The notes under the pieces were generated by a model. That model saw nothing but the letters and a program-made list of their open reading frames with translations. It had not been told where the DNA came from and did no database searches. Of a DNA stretch of 64,000 nt, positions 1 to 15,976 are shown piece after piece. Source of the DNA: an uncultured delta proteobacterium (GTDB lineage Bacteria; Myxococcota; Myxococcia; Myxococcales; Anaeromyxobacteraceae). The position numbers and the translations under genes are program-made. The number at the start of each line of letters is the position of its first letter. The first letter of the stretch is position 1. The stretch spans positions 160,001 through 224,000 of the forward strand of contig CAWFDF010000004.1 in assembly GCA_963814585.1 (NCBI GenBank). The letters are read 5' to 3'.

Positions 1-1
1 C

Positions 2-2134
2 GACCAGCACCGGAGGGAGAAGCTGAACACGCAGCAGCTGGTCCTGGTCGGCGCCAACGACGCCATGCTGCACGCCTTCGACGCCGGCGTGCCCGACACC
101 AGCAAGCCGGCCAACTCGGAAGGCCTCTACCCGCTGACGCCCGGGGACGGGACCGAGCTCTGGGCCTTCATCCCACCCGAGATGCTGCCCCAGCTGAAGG
201 GGGGCCTGGACCAGCACCGCTACTTCGTGGATGGCAACACCATGCTCCGCGACGTCTGGTTCGACGCCAACGGCGACGGCACCAAGCAGAAGGATGAGTT
301 CCGGACCATCGCGGTGATCAGCGAGCGGGGCGGCGGGACCCACTTCACCGCCCTCGACGTGACCGACCGCGCCACCCCGAAGTTCCTCTGGACCTTCCCC
401 CAGCCCTGCACCGAGGACTCCAAGCTGGCCGGCCAGACCTGGAGCCTCTTCCCGCCGCGCCCGCCGCCCATCCTGCCGGTGCGGCTCCAGGTCCCGGCCA
501 GCAGCGGCCGCAATCCGCTCAACCGCGGCTTCGAGGAGCGCTGGGTGGTGGCGCTCAACGGCGGCTACGACCCGACGCTGGTGCGCGGCCGGGTGGTCTG
601 GCTGGTGGACGCCATCACCGGCCAGGTGCTCTGGCGCTTCACCGACGACTCCTTCAAGGCCATGCGCGGCGACAAGAAGGCCAGCATGTTGCCGGTGGCC
701 GCCACCATCGGCGGCATGGACATCGGCATGGCCGACCGGCCCTCCGGCATCCCCGACACCGACGGCTACTTCGACACGCTCACCTGGGGTGACATCGGCG
801 GCAACCTCTTCGTGGCCCGGCTCCACGAGCCCGGAAGGCTGGACCCGAGCACCGGCCTGGTCACCAACTGGACCGCCGCCCGGACCTTCGAGGCCAACCG
901 GAAGGCCGACGACACCCACGTCGCCGCCAACCGCGGCCAGTTCTTCTTCATGACCGCCAACTACCTCTCCGGCGCCAGCAAGCTCATGACGCTGGTCGGC
1001 GGCGGCAACCAGGAGCAGCTGATGCAGACCTCCAACAACTGCGGGCCGAACAACGTCCTCGGCTGCTGCGCGTCCGGCTGCTCGGTGGCCAAGTCGGAGT
1101 TCGCCAGCACCTTCGGCGCCGGCTCCTGCACGCAGGGCGGGACCTTCCAGTGCTCCGGCGGCGTGCTCACCTATGCCCCGGCCGCCACCACCGGCTGCGC
1201 CGCCGGCTTCGCGTGCGGCGCCACCAATCAGAACGTGACGCTCACCTTCGACTGCGGCGCCGCCGGCAAGCCGCCCCCCATGGTGGCCCAGGTGAGCTGC
1301 GGCGCGGACGGCGTCTGCACCACCGACAACCCGTTCACCTCGGGCGCCTTCTCCACGACCGCGCTCGGCCAGCCTCTCAACCAGAACCGGGCCTACGCCA
1401 TCTGGGCCTACGGCAAGGAGACCTGGAAGCTCTTCAGCGACGCCGCAAGCGCGCTGGCCTTCGAGAAGAACCGCTCGACCGACGTCCCCTACACCGGCTG
1501 TGGCTCCGCCACCCGCACCTGCCAGCTGGTGGAGACCTCGTCGGCGCAGGTGCAGGACAGCGGGACCGGCATGGGGGTCCAGACCACCTGCCGCGACGGC
1601 TCCGCCAAGTGCTGGGCCGAGGACACCGACAACGGCTGGATGTACAGCTACGGCAGGTGGTGCCCGCTGGCCAGCTGCACCACGCCGACCTGGACCGACG
1701 AGAAGTCGGGCTCGGCCCCGACGGTCTTCCGCGGCTGCACCGAGTGGTCGGGCTTCCGGCCCACCGGCGCCTCCAGCGGCGCCGACCCGTGCTCGGCCAG
1801 CTCCGGCACGCCCACCTCGATCCGCTACCGGGCCGACGTCAAGTCGGGCGTGCCGCGGCAGTTCTGCGGGCTCGAGGGCACGGTCAGCGGCCGCGCCGCC
1901 TTCCTCTTCGGCGATCAGAAGAACGCCTTCGCGCCGCCGCAGTCGGGCTCCATCCGCGTGGTGGTGAACGAGAAGGGGCAGGTGAGCTACTCGACGCTCA
2001 AGATCGAGACCGGCTCCCCCGCCGAGAAGCAGGGCCTGGGGACCCGCAGCAGCATCTCCGAGCCGCTCTACTGGCTCGAGGTCCCGCGCGAGGTCCACAG
2101 CTGCCGGCACGTCGACCCGACCACCTGCCAGTGA
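2..2134 (+). CDS. pilY1: PilY1/PilC-type type IV pilus tip adhesin, C-terminal beta-propeller region (5'-truncated by window edge)
   Basis: Frame is open from nt 2 and reads VLVGANDAMLHAFD, then ELWAFIP and YFVDG, all typical PilY1 motifs. Ca-binding-like DANGDG and DTDGYFD loops are present. Lies next to the pil cluster. Confidence 0.85.
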   Translation, partial: DQHRREKLNTQQLVLVGANDAMLHAFDAGVPDTSKPANSEGLYPLTPGDGTELWAFIPPEMLPQLKGGLDQHRYFVDGNTMLRDVWFDANGDGTKQKDEFRTIAVISERGGGTHFTALDVTDRATPKFLWTFPQPCTEDSKLAGQTWSLFPPRPPPILPVRLQVPASSGRNPLNRGFEERWVVALNGGYDPTLVRGRVVWLVDAITGQVLWRFTDDSFKAMRGDKKASMLPVAATIGGMDIGMADRPSGIPDTDGYFDTLTWGDIGGNLFVARLHEPGRLDPSTGLVTNWTAARTFEANRKADDTHVAANRGQFFFMTANYLSGASKLMTLVGGGNQEQLMQTSNNCGPNNVLGCCASGCSVAKSEFASTFGAGSCTQGGTFQCSGGVLTYAPAATTGCAAGFACGATNQNVTLTFDCGAAGKPPPMVAQVSCGADGVCTTDNPFTSGAFSTTALGQPLNQNRAYAIWAYGKETWKLFSDAASALAFEKNRSTDVPYTGCGSATRTCQLVETSSAQVQDSGTGMGVQTTCRDGSAKCWAEDTDNGWMYSYGRWCPLASCTTPTWTDEKSGSAPTVFRGCTEWSGFRPTGASSGADPCSASSGTPTSIRYRADVKSGVPRQFCGLEGTVSGRAAFLFGDQKNAFAPPQSGSIRVVVNEKGQVSYSTLKIETGSPAEKQGLGTRSSISEPLYWLEVPREVHSCRHVDPTTCQ

Positions 2135-2153
2135 CCGGCCCGGCGGGGGAGGC

Positions 2154-3521
<1,368 letters not shown>

Positions 3522-3532
3522 GCGCGCCGATC

Positions 3533-5150
3533 CTACACTGGCGGGGCGGCGGTGAGCGCGGGCAGGCGCACCGAGAAGCGCGCCCCGTGCCCCGGCTCCG
3601 ACTCGAGCGTCAGCGAGCCGCCGTGGGAGTCGACGATGCGATGGACCGTGGCGAGCCCGAGGCCGGTCCCGTTCGGCTTGGTGGTGAAGAAGGGCGTGAA
3701 GACGTGCGGCTGGTCGGCCGGGGCCACGCCGGGGCCGCTGTCCTCGACGACCAGCTCGACGCCGCCCCCCGCCGACCGCCCGCAGCTCACCTTCACCCAG
3801 CCGCGCCGGTCCCCCGGGGGCGCGGCCTGGAGCGCCTGGGCGGCGTTGAGGAGGAGGTTCCAGAGCACCTGGCGGAGCTGGTCGGGATCGCCGCTGGCCG
3901 GCGCCGGCCGCAGCTCGCGCCGGACCTCGACCCCGGCCGCGGCCGGATCGTGCTCGAAGGCCTCCAGCGCCTCGCCGGCCAGCACGCCCAGGTCGAACGG
4001 CTCCCGCCGCGGCGGCGCCGGGCGGGCGAAGGCGAGGAACTCGGTCACCAGCTGCTCCAGGCGGCCGCCCTCGCGCAGCACGATGTCGAGCAGGCGGCGG
4101 TCCTCGGCGCCGAGCGGCGCGCCGCCCAGCAGCTCCACCGAGCCCATCATCGAGGCCAGGGGGTTGCGCAGCTCATGGGCCAGGCCGGCCGCCATCTGGC
4201 CGAGATCGGCCAGGCGCTCGGAGCGGGCCACGCGCTCCTCCATCGAGCGGAGCTGGGTCAGGTCCTGGAAGATCACCGCGGTCCCCATCGGCGCGCCCTT
4301 CCGCCCCAGCAGCGGGAAGGAGGAGTAACCGAGCCGGACCCGGGTCCCGTCGGCGCGAGCCAGGTCGGTCTCACCGCGGGCGGTCTCGATGTGGAACGCC
4401 CCCAGGAACCGGTCGGCGTGGCGCCCGGTGAGCGCGCCGAGCGAGAGGCCGAGCATCTGCTCGGCGGCACGGTTGAGGAAGGTGATGCGCCCGCCGGCGT
4501 CGATGGTCAGCAGCCCGGAGTTGACCGACTGGACGATCGACTCGTGCAGGGCGGTGATGGCGGCCAGCTCGCTCTCGCTCTCGGCGAGCCGCTCGTCGGA
4601 GCGGCGCAGCTGCTCGGAGAGGTAGCTGGCCAGGGCGGCGGTGGCGGCGAAGGCCCCGGCGTGGAGGAAGAGCAGCCTCCACGGCACCTCCCGAAGGCTC
4701 GGCGCGGTCATCACCTCCACCGCCGACGTAGGCCAGCACCGCCAGCCCCAGCGCCGTGACGGCCCCGCGGCGGAAGAGCAGGATGCTGCCGTTGACGATG
4801 CCGAGCGAGTACATGAAGACGAAGACGCTCTCGGCCCAGCCGGTGAAGGCGACCACGGCGGTGGCGGTGGCCACGTCGAAGACCAGCTGGGCGTAGGCCA
4901 GCGGCACCAGCGCCCGCCCCTGGCGCAGCCACCAGGCCGAGGCCAGCGACGCCAGGTAGGTCCCGATCACCAGGCCGTAGAGGGCCGAGGCGAAGGCGTC
5001 GTCGTCGGCGGCCCGCCAGCTGGCGACCGCGGTGCCGCCCAGCAGCACCGTCACCGAGACGATGCGGAAGAGCGTGAGCCAGACCAGCTTCTTGTGGAGG
5101 CTGGCGTCGGCGGCAGCCTCGACCGGCGCCGCGTCGGCTGGGTCGGTCAT
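3533..5150 (-). CDS. pilS: Sensor histidine kinase PilS-like (multi-TM, PAS, HisKA, HATPase), one apparent +1 frameshift near 4723
   Basis: The TM N-terminus (ORF 4371..5150) joins ORF 3533..4720, which carries H-box AHELRNPL, N-box NLLLNA, DSGPG and GTGLGL. Removing one G restores YV-A-VEVMT. Confidence 0.8.
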
Positions 5151-5156
5151 GCGCCC

Positions 5157-6419
5157 TTACTTGATCGTGCCCGCCATGGTGAAGATCGGCAGGTACATGG
5201 CGATCATGAAGTAGCCCACCGTGCCGCCGAGGAAGACCATCATCAGCGGCTCGATCATGCCGAGGTCAGCGCGCCGACCGCCACGTCCACCTCGTCGTCG
5301 TAGAAGTCGGCGATCTTGTTGAGCATCTGGTCCATGGCGCCGGTCGCCTCGCCGACGCCGATCATCTGCACCACCATGGGCGGGAAGACGTCGGTCTCGG
5401 CCAGCGGGCCGGCGATGTTCTTGCCCTCGGAGATCTTGGTCCGGACGTAGAGGATGGCCTCCTCGATGATCCGGTTGCCCGCCGACTTGGCCACGATCTC
5501 GAGGGCGTCGAGGATGGGCACGCCCGAGGAGAGCATGGTGCCCAGCGTCCGCGTGAAGCGGGCCACCGCGACCTTGCGGATGAGCGGGCCGAACATCGGC
5601 ATCTTGAGCACGAAGGCGTGCCAGATCTCCTGCCCCCGGCCGCGCGCGCTCCAGGCCTTGAAGGCCACCCCGATGCCGATGGGGACGCCGACGATGATGT
5701 ACCAGTACCGCCGGAAGGCGATGGAGAGGTCGATGAGGAACTGGGTCGGCGCCGGCAGCGAGCCGCCCATGTCCTTGAACATCTTCTCGAAGGTGGGGAT
5801 CACGAAGGCGATGAGGACCAGCACCACGCCCACGGCCACGGTGAGCACGATGGCCGGGTAGACCATGGCGCCCTTGAACCCGCCGGGCCAGCTTGTCGTT
5901 CTTCTCGATGTAGGCGCCGAGGCGCTGCAGGATGGTGTCGAGGATGCCGCCGATCTCGCCGGCGCGGACCAGCTGCACGAAGAGGTCGTCGAAGACCTTG
6001 GGGTGCTCGGACAGCGCGTCGGCGAAGGTCGAGCCGGCCTCGACCTTGGCCTTCACCTGCAGCAGCACGGAGCGGAAGGCGGCGTTGTCGTTCTGGGTGC
6101 CGAGGATGTCGAGCGCCTGGACCAGCGGCAGGCCGGCGTCGATCATCACCGAGAACTGCCGGGTGAAGACCAGGATGTCCTTGGTCCCGACCCCGCTGCC
6201 GAGCCTGGGGATGCGGAGCTCGCGCGGCTTCTTCTTGACCTTGGTGGGCTCGATGCCCATCTGGCGCAGCCGGGCCTCGACCGACGCGGCGTCCTGGGCC
6301 TCGATCTCGCCGGAGCGGACCTCGCCCTGCTTGCTCTTCCCGGTCCACTTCCAGACCGGCGTCTTCTGCACCGGGGTGGCGACCTTGGTCTTCTGTGCGA
6401 CGGCAGCAGCCTGTGCCAT
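5157..6419 (-). CDS. pilC: Type IV pilus inner-membrane platform protein PilC (T2SSF family), apparent frameshifts near 5877 and 5260
   Basis: FTRQFSVMIDAGLPL, AGEIGGILD, (KGA)MVYP, ARFTRTLGTMLSSGVPIL, GEATGAMDQML and MIEP...AMYLPIF are spread over three segments in two frames. Confidence 0.9.
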   Translation of the reverse strand: MAQAAAVAQKTKVATPVQKTPVWKWTGKSKQGEVRSGEIEAQDAASVEARLRQMGIEPTKVKKKPRELRIPRLGSGVGTKDILVFTRQFSVMIDAGLPLVQALDILGTQNDNAAFRSVLLQVKAKVEAGSTFADALSEHPKVFDDLFVQLVRAGEIGGILDTILQRLGAYIEKNDKLARRVQGRHGLPGHRAHRGRGRGAGPHRLRDPHLREDVQGHGRLAAGADPVPHRPLHRLPAVLVHHRRRPHRHRGGLQGLERARPGAGDLARLRAQDADVRPAHPQGRGGPLHADAGHHALLGRAHPRRPRDRGQVGGQPDHRGGHPLRPDQDLRGQEHRRPAGRDRRLPAHGGADDRRRRGDRRHGPDAQQDRRLLRRRGGRGGRRADLGMIEPLMMVFLGGTVGYFMIAMYLPIFTMAGTIK

Positions 6420-6493
6420 GTACGCCTCGCTCGTTGGCGGCTGCGGATGTTAGCCCGGCACCGCCCCGGGGTCGAATCTCCGGCGCTGGCCCG

Positions 6494-7607
6494 CTACCGC
6501 GCCTGCTGGGGCCCCGGCGGCGCTCCCGGCCGAGGCGTCCCGAAGCCGCCGGCGATGAGGTTCTTCAGCTCCTCGGCGTCGGAGGAGCGGTTGATCGCCT
6601 CCTCCATCGTGATGAGCCGCTTGGCCACCGCGGCGGCCAGGCTCTGGTTGAAGGTCTGCATGCCGAACTTGGTCTGGCCGACCTGCATCTGCGAGTAGAT
6701 CTGGTGGACCTTGTCCTCGCGGATGAGGTTGCGGATGGCCGGGTTGGGGATCATCACCTCGACGACCAGCACGCGCCCGGCGCTCCCCGGCCCGGGGCAG
6801 CAGGTTCTGCGAGAGCACGCCCTCCAGCACGAAGGAGAGCTGGGCGCGCACCTGCGGCTGCTGGTAGGGCGGGAAGACGTCGAGGATGCGGTTGATGGTC
6901 TGGACCGCGCTGTTGGTGTGCAGCGTGGCGAAGGCCAGGTGGCCGGTCTCGGAGATCACCAGCGCCGCCTCGATGGTCTCCAGGTCGCGCATCTCGCCGA
7001 TCAGCACCACGTCGGGGTCCTGGCGCAGGATGTACTTGAGCGCCTTCTTGAAGCTCTGGGTGTCGGCGCCCACCTCGCGCTGGTTGACCACGCAGTTCTT
7101 GTGGGGGTGCAGGTACTCGATCGGGTCCTCGATGGTGAGGATGTGCTCGTGCCGGTCGGTGTTGATCTTGTCGATGATCGACGCCAGCGTGGTCGACTTG
7201 CCCGAGCCGGTCGGGCCGGTCACCAGCACCAGGCCGCGCGGCTTCCTCGCCAGCTCGGCGACGATGGGCGGCAGCCCCAGCTCGTCGAAGGTGAGGATCT
7301 TGAAGGGGATGGTGCGGAAGGCGCCGGCCACCGCGCCGCGCTGCATGAAGATGTTGGCGCGGAAGCGCGACAGCCCCTTCACGCCGAAGGAGAGGTCGAG
7401 CTCGTTCTCCTCCTCGAACTTGTGCTTCTGGGCGTCGGTGAGGATCGAGTAGCAGAGCTGCTTGGTGTCGACCGGGGTGAGCGGCGGGGTCTTGAGCGGC
7501 ACCAGCTCGCCGTCGATGCGCAGCTGCGGCGGCGAGCCGGTGGTGATGTGGAGGTCGCTGGCCCCCTTCTCGACCATCGCCTTGAGGAGCTGGTGCAGGT
7601 TGGCCAT
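6494..7607 (-). CDS. pilT: Type IV pilus retraction ATPase PilT, apparent +1 frameshift in a G run near 6787
   Basis: GASDLH, GPTGSGKSTT, TIEDPIE, LRQDPD, GEMRD and TLHTNSA motifs. The C-terminal AIRNLIRE motif lies in the shifted frame (ORF 6494..6772). Confidence 0.92.
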
Positions 7608-7629
7608 GGGGTCTCCGTGGGTGCGCCGG

Positions 7630-9340
<1,711 letters not shown>

Positions 9341-9415
9341 GTGTCGTGGTCCCCGCCGTCTTGTTGGTGTGAGTTCGGGGCCGACGTTAGCAGCGCGGCC
9401 GGCGAAAATCGAGGA

Positions 9416-10372
9416 TCAGCCCCGAGTCCGGAGCAGCGCCCGGGCCCGCCCGGCGTCGGCGGCGATCTGCGTCCGCAGGGCCTCCACCGTCGGGAAGCGC
9501 CGCTCCTCGCGCAGCCGGGCCACGAAGGAGAGCCGGACGGCCTCGCCGTAGAGGTCGCGCCCCGCGAAGTCGAAGAGGTGGACCTCGGCGGTGACCTGTC
9601 CCGAGGTGTCGACGGTGGGTTTCACGCCCACGTTGCACACGCCGTCGTGGGTCACCGCGCCGGCCGCACCCGGGGCCCCTCCCCCGAGCCGGGCCCGCAC
9701 CGCGTAGACGCCGCGGGCCGGGAGCAGCGCCGCGGTGGCGACGTTGGCGGTGGCGAACCCGAGCCCCCGCCCTCGCCCGGCGCCCCGGGCCACCACGCCG
9801 TCCAGGTCGTAGGGCCGGGCCAGGAGCAGCGCCGCCCCCTCGACGTTCCCCTCCAGCAGGAACTCGCGGATCTTGGTGGAGGAGACGGTGAGGCCGCCCT
9901 CGGTCACCGGCTCGATCACCTGCAGGCCGAGGCCGCTCGCGGCCAGCAGCGGGCGGAGCGCCTCGACCCGGGCCCGCTCGTGCCCGGCGGTGAAGTCCCA
10001 GCCGACCACCACGTCCCGGACGCCGAGGGCTCGCAGGTCCCGCCCCACGAAGGCGGCCGCCGGGGTGGCCGCCCAGGCCAGGTCGAAGGGCTGCACCACC
10101 GCCACCTCGGCGCCGGCGGCCTCGAGCAGCTCCAGCTTGCGCGGCAGCGGGGTGAGGAGCGGCGGGGCCAGCTGCGGCCGGAGCACCTGGACCGGGTGCG
10201 GCTCGAAGGTGAGCGCGCCGGCGGCCGCGCCCCGTGACCGCGCCAGCTCGCCGGCCCGGGCCAGCAGGGCCTGGTGGCCGAGGTGGACGCCGTCGAAGTT
10301 CCCGACCGCCACCGCGCCGTCGCGCAGCGCTCCGCTCGCGGCGGCCTCCTCGATGGAACGGAACACCCGCAT
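9416..10372 (-). CDS. ribF: Bifunctional riboflavin kinase / FAD synthetase
   Basis: GNFDGVHLGH, TFEPHP, VSSTKIRE, GRGLGFATAN, NVGVKPT and EVHLFDF motifs. Confidence 0.93.
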   Translation of the reverse strand: MRVFRSIEEAAASGALRDGAVAVGNFDGVHLGHQALLARAGELARSRGAAAGALTFEPHPVQVLRPQLAPPLLTPLPRKLELLEAAGAEVAVVQPFDLAWAATPAAAFVGRDLRALGVRDVVVGWDFTAGHERARVEALRPLLAASGLGLQVIEPVTEGGLTVSSTKIREFLLEGNVEGAALLLARPYDLDGVVARGAGRGRGLGFATANVATAALLPARGVYAVRARLGGGAPGAAGAVTHDGVCNVGVKPTVDTSGQVTAEVHLFDFAGRDLYGEAVRLSFVARLREERRFPTVEALRTQIAADAGRARALLRTRG

Positions 10373-10482
10373 CGCCGGAACAGATAGGCCCGCCGGCGGG
10401 CTGGCGTCAAACCGGTGGCGGCCTGCCGGTGGCGCGCCGGATCCTTGCGGCCGGGCCCCGATGGCGCTAATCCAGCCGCCTC

Positions 10483-10791
10483 ATGGCGCTCCACACCGCA
10501 CTCGCCCTCTCCACGGTCCTCTTCGCCGCCTACCTCCTCTTCGCCTCCTCGTCGCGCCTCCTGCCGGGCGTGGTGCTGCTGGCCGGCGCCCTCGAGCTGG
10601 CGCTGGCGCTCGGCTGGCTCCGGCTGGCGGTCCACGGCCCGACCCTGTCGCTGGGCCTGGGGGTGGCCATCGCGCTGCCGGCGCTGGCGCTCTGGTGGCG
10701 GACCGGCGGCAAGGGGCCGCTCTCGGCGGCCGCCGTGCTGGCCTTCATCGGCCTGCTGCAGACCGCGCTGGCGGTGCTGGCGAGGGTGTAG
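10483..10791 (+). CDS. Small hypothetical membrane protein (about 4 TM, 102 aa)
   Basis: ATG-started, hydrophobic ORF with GC3-biased codons that fills the ribF-acnA gap. Confidence 0.6.
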   Translation: MALHTALALSTVLFAAYLLFASSSRLLPGVVLLAGALELALALGWLRLAVHGPTLSLGLGVAIALPALALWWRTGGKGPLSAAAVLAFIGLLQTALAVLARV

Positions 10792-10822
10792 CGCCGCCGG
10801 AGCGGACCCGAGCCGCCAGGGC

Positions 10823-13549
<2,727 letters not shown>

Positions 13550-13693
13550 CCATGGAGCCTAACCGCGCCGCCGTTCCGGCGCGACGCCCCGCCGGGTGCG
13601 CCGTCGAGTCGTCGGGCCACGGGGACCGGGTGGCAGGCGGCCCTGCTCGAAGCCTGCGTCGGGGCCACCAGGGGCCGGCCCCGACGCGATGGA

Positions 13694-14038
13694 TCAGAAG
13701 CTGAACCGCTCGACCACGCCGCGCGACCACTCGAGGATGGTCGGCCAGCCGACCACGGCGTCGAGCGCCGCCTCGGCCTCGCCGAGCGGCACCTGCTGCT
13801 CCACCACGCTGGCCGAGCAGGCGATGAGCCGCGCCCCGGCCCGTCGCGCCTGCTGGAGGAGCGCCGCCGGGTCGTCGGCCTCGCCGTCGTGCGCCGCGAC
13901 CACCGCCACCACTGCCGGGCCGGTCAGGAACACGTCGACGCGCTGGTCCAGCGCCACCGCCGCCAGGGCGCAGGAACCCGCGGAACGGAGGGCGTGTGGC
14001 GCGCTGCTGGAGACGAACACCGCGGTGCGGCCGGTCAT
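13694..14038 (-). CDS. DsrE/DsrF-like (peroxiredoxin-family) small protein
   Basis: 114 aa with VDVFLT...AV and GARLIACSAS (conserved Cys), ending VVG.PTIL. Confidence 0.6.
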   Translation of the reverse strand: MTGRTAVFVSSSAPHALRSAGSCALAAVALDQRVDVFLTGPAVVAVVAAHDGEADDPAALLQQARRAGARLIACSASVVEQQVPLGEAEAALDAVVGWPTILEWSRGVVERFSF

Positions 14039-14140
14039 GGAGGGGTTCTATCCGACCGGCCCGGCGGCGTCACCAGCCGCCCCGGCCGGGCCGATCCCGT
14101 TTTCCCGGGCAATTCGCGTGTGATATGCGTCCCCCGCCCT

Positions 14141-15841
14141 ATGAATGACCAGAAGAAGCCCATGGGCCCCGTGGTGATTCGCAAGGGGCACCTCAAGCCG
14201 GCGCCGCCCGGGATCACCCTCGAGCAGCCCGTCGTCGAGTCGATCGAGCCGGCCGCACCGGCGCCCCGAGACGACCGGCCGCTCTGGCAGCGGCTGGCCG
14301 ACGAGAAGAGGGCGGCCGATGCCGGCGAGGCGCCCACGGTCGGGCGACCGGCCGGCGACCGGCCGTCGATCGACCGCCCGCCTGGCAGCCGCCCTCCGGG
14401 CAGCCGTCCGCCTGGCAACCGTCCGCCCGGCAACCGTCCGCCTGGTGGCCGACCGCCTGATGGCCGACCGTCCGGCGACCGTCCGCGGAGCGACCGCCCA
14501 CGCGGCGACCGCCCGCGCGGCGACCGGGACCGTCCCCGCCAGCACGACTCGCTGAGCGCCGATGCCCCGGCCTCCCACCTGCCCGAAGGCGAGCCACCGC
14601 CCGTGCCCGAGTCGCAGGTCGAGGACGAGGGCTCCTTCGCCGACCTGCTGGCCGCCACCGGCGGCAGCTCGCAGGCGCGCCGCCGCTTCAAGGCGGGCGA
14701 GAAGGTGGCGGGCAAGATCATCCAGGTGGGCGACGAGGTCACCTTCCTCGATCTCGGCAGCGGTCTCGCCGACGGGCTCATCGAGACCGTCGAGCTGCAC
14801 GACGCCGAGGGCCACGTCACCGCCCGCGTCGGCGACATCCTCGACGCCGTGGTGGTCAAGGGCGGCGACCGGGGCGTGCAGGTCTCCATCGGCCGCGCCA
14901 GGGCGGTCACCCGCGACCACGCCCGCGAGGCCATCATCGCCGCCATCGAGACCGGGCTCCCGGTCGAGGGGCTGGTCAAGGCGGTCAACAAGGGCGGCAT
15001 CGAGGTCGAGGTCAACGGCGTGCGGGCCTTCTGCCCCATGTCGCAGATCGACGTCCGCTTCGTCGGCGACGCCACCACGCTCATCGGACAGAAGCTGCAG
15101 TTCCGCGTCAGCAAGGCCGACGACCGCGACGTGGTGCTGTCGCGGCGCGCCCTGCTGGAGGCGGAGCGGGCCGAGAAGGCCCAGGCCACCCGCCAGCGGC
15201 TCGCCGCCGGCGCCGTCTTCGAGGGCACCGTCACCAGCGTGCAGGACTACGGCGCCTTCGTCGACCTCGGCGGCATCGAGGGACTGGTGCACGTCTCCGA
15301 GCTGGCGTGGGACCGGGTGTCGAAGCCGCAGGACCTGCTCAAGAGCGGCGACCAGGTCACCGTCACGGTGCTGCGCATCGACGAGGACGCGAGGAAGAGG
15401 GAGCGGATCGCCCTCTCGGTCAAGGCGCTGGTGCCCCGGCCCGAGCCCAAGGCCGCCGAGCCGCGGCCGGATCGGCCCGCCCGCCCGTCGCCGCCGCCGC
15501 CCCCGCGGGCCGGCGACGTGGTCGAGGCGGCGGTCGACAAGATCGAGTCCTTCGGCCTCTTCGTGAAGTTCGCCGGCGGGCGTGGCCTGGTCCCCGCCTC
15601 CGAGTCCGGCACGCCGCACGGCACCGACCTGCGGCGGGCCTTCAAGGTGGGGGATGCCTTCCCCGCGCTGGTGCTCCAGATCGACGAGCAGGGACGGTTC
15701 CGGCTCTCCAAGACGGGCGCCGTCGACGCCGCCGAGCGGGCCGACGCCCGCGCCTACATGGAGGCCTCGAGGCCCGCCGGGGGCGGCAAGGGCTTCGGGA
15801 CCCTGGGCGACCTGCTCAGGAAGAAGCTCGAGCCGAAGTAG
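14141..15841 (+). CDS. S1 RNA-binding domain protein (RpsA-like paralog, about 4 S1 domains) with long low-complexity N-terminus
   Basis: Likely ATG at 14141. S1 motifs NKGGIEV..GVRAFCPMSQID and DYGAFVDLGGIEGLVHVSEL, C-terminal GFGTLGDLL. Confidence 0.85.
   Translation: MNDQKKPMGPVVIRKGHLKPAPPGITLEQPVVESIEPAAPAPRDDRPLWQRLADEKRAADAGEAPTVGRPAGDRPSIDRPPGSRPPGSRPPGNRPPGNRPPGGRPPDGRPSGDRPRSDRPRGDRPRGDRDRPRQHDSLSADAPASHLPEGEPPPVPESQVEDEGSFADLLAATGGSSQARRRFKAGEKVAGKIIQVGDEVTFLDLGSGLADGLIETVELHDAEGHVTARVGDILDAVVVKGGDRGVQVSIGRARAVTRDHAREAIIAAIETGLPVEGLVKAVNKGGIEVEVNGVRAFCPMSQIDVRFVGDATTLIGQKLQFRVSKADDRDVVLSRRALLEAERAEKAQATRQRLAAGAVFEGTVTSVQDYGAFVDLGGIEGLVHVSELAWDRVSKPQDLLKSGDQVTVTVLRIDEDARKRERIALSVKALVPRPEPKAAEPRPDRPARPSPPPPPRAGDVVEAAVDKIESFGLFVKFAGGRGLVPASESGTPHGTDLRRAFKVGDAFPALVLQIDEQGRFRLSKTGAVDAAERADARAYMEASRPAGGGKGFGTLGDLLRKKLEPK
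14342..14539 (+). repeat. Coding 15-bp degenerate tandem repeat (RPPG[S/N/G], then DRPRG pentapeptides)
   Basis: For example cgtccgcctggcaac cgtccgcccggcaac. Translation GRPAGDRPSIDRPPGSRPPGSRPPGNRPPGNRPPGGRPPDGRPSGDRPRSDRPRGDRPRGDRDRPR. Confidence 0.85.
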
Positions 15842-15976
15842 CCTGCTGCGCCGCGGCGCGGCATCCCGCCCTTCCCGCTGGATGGGGACCCGGAGTGTGC
15901 GATACCCTTCGCACCCCGCGAGGCGCCGTGCCCGCGGCGCCGCGCTTCACTCTCCGACCGACGAGGATTCCGCCCG

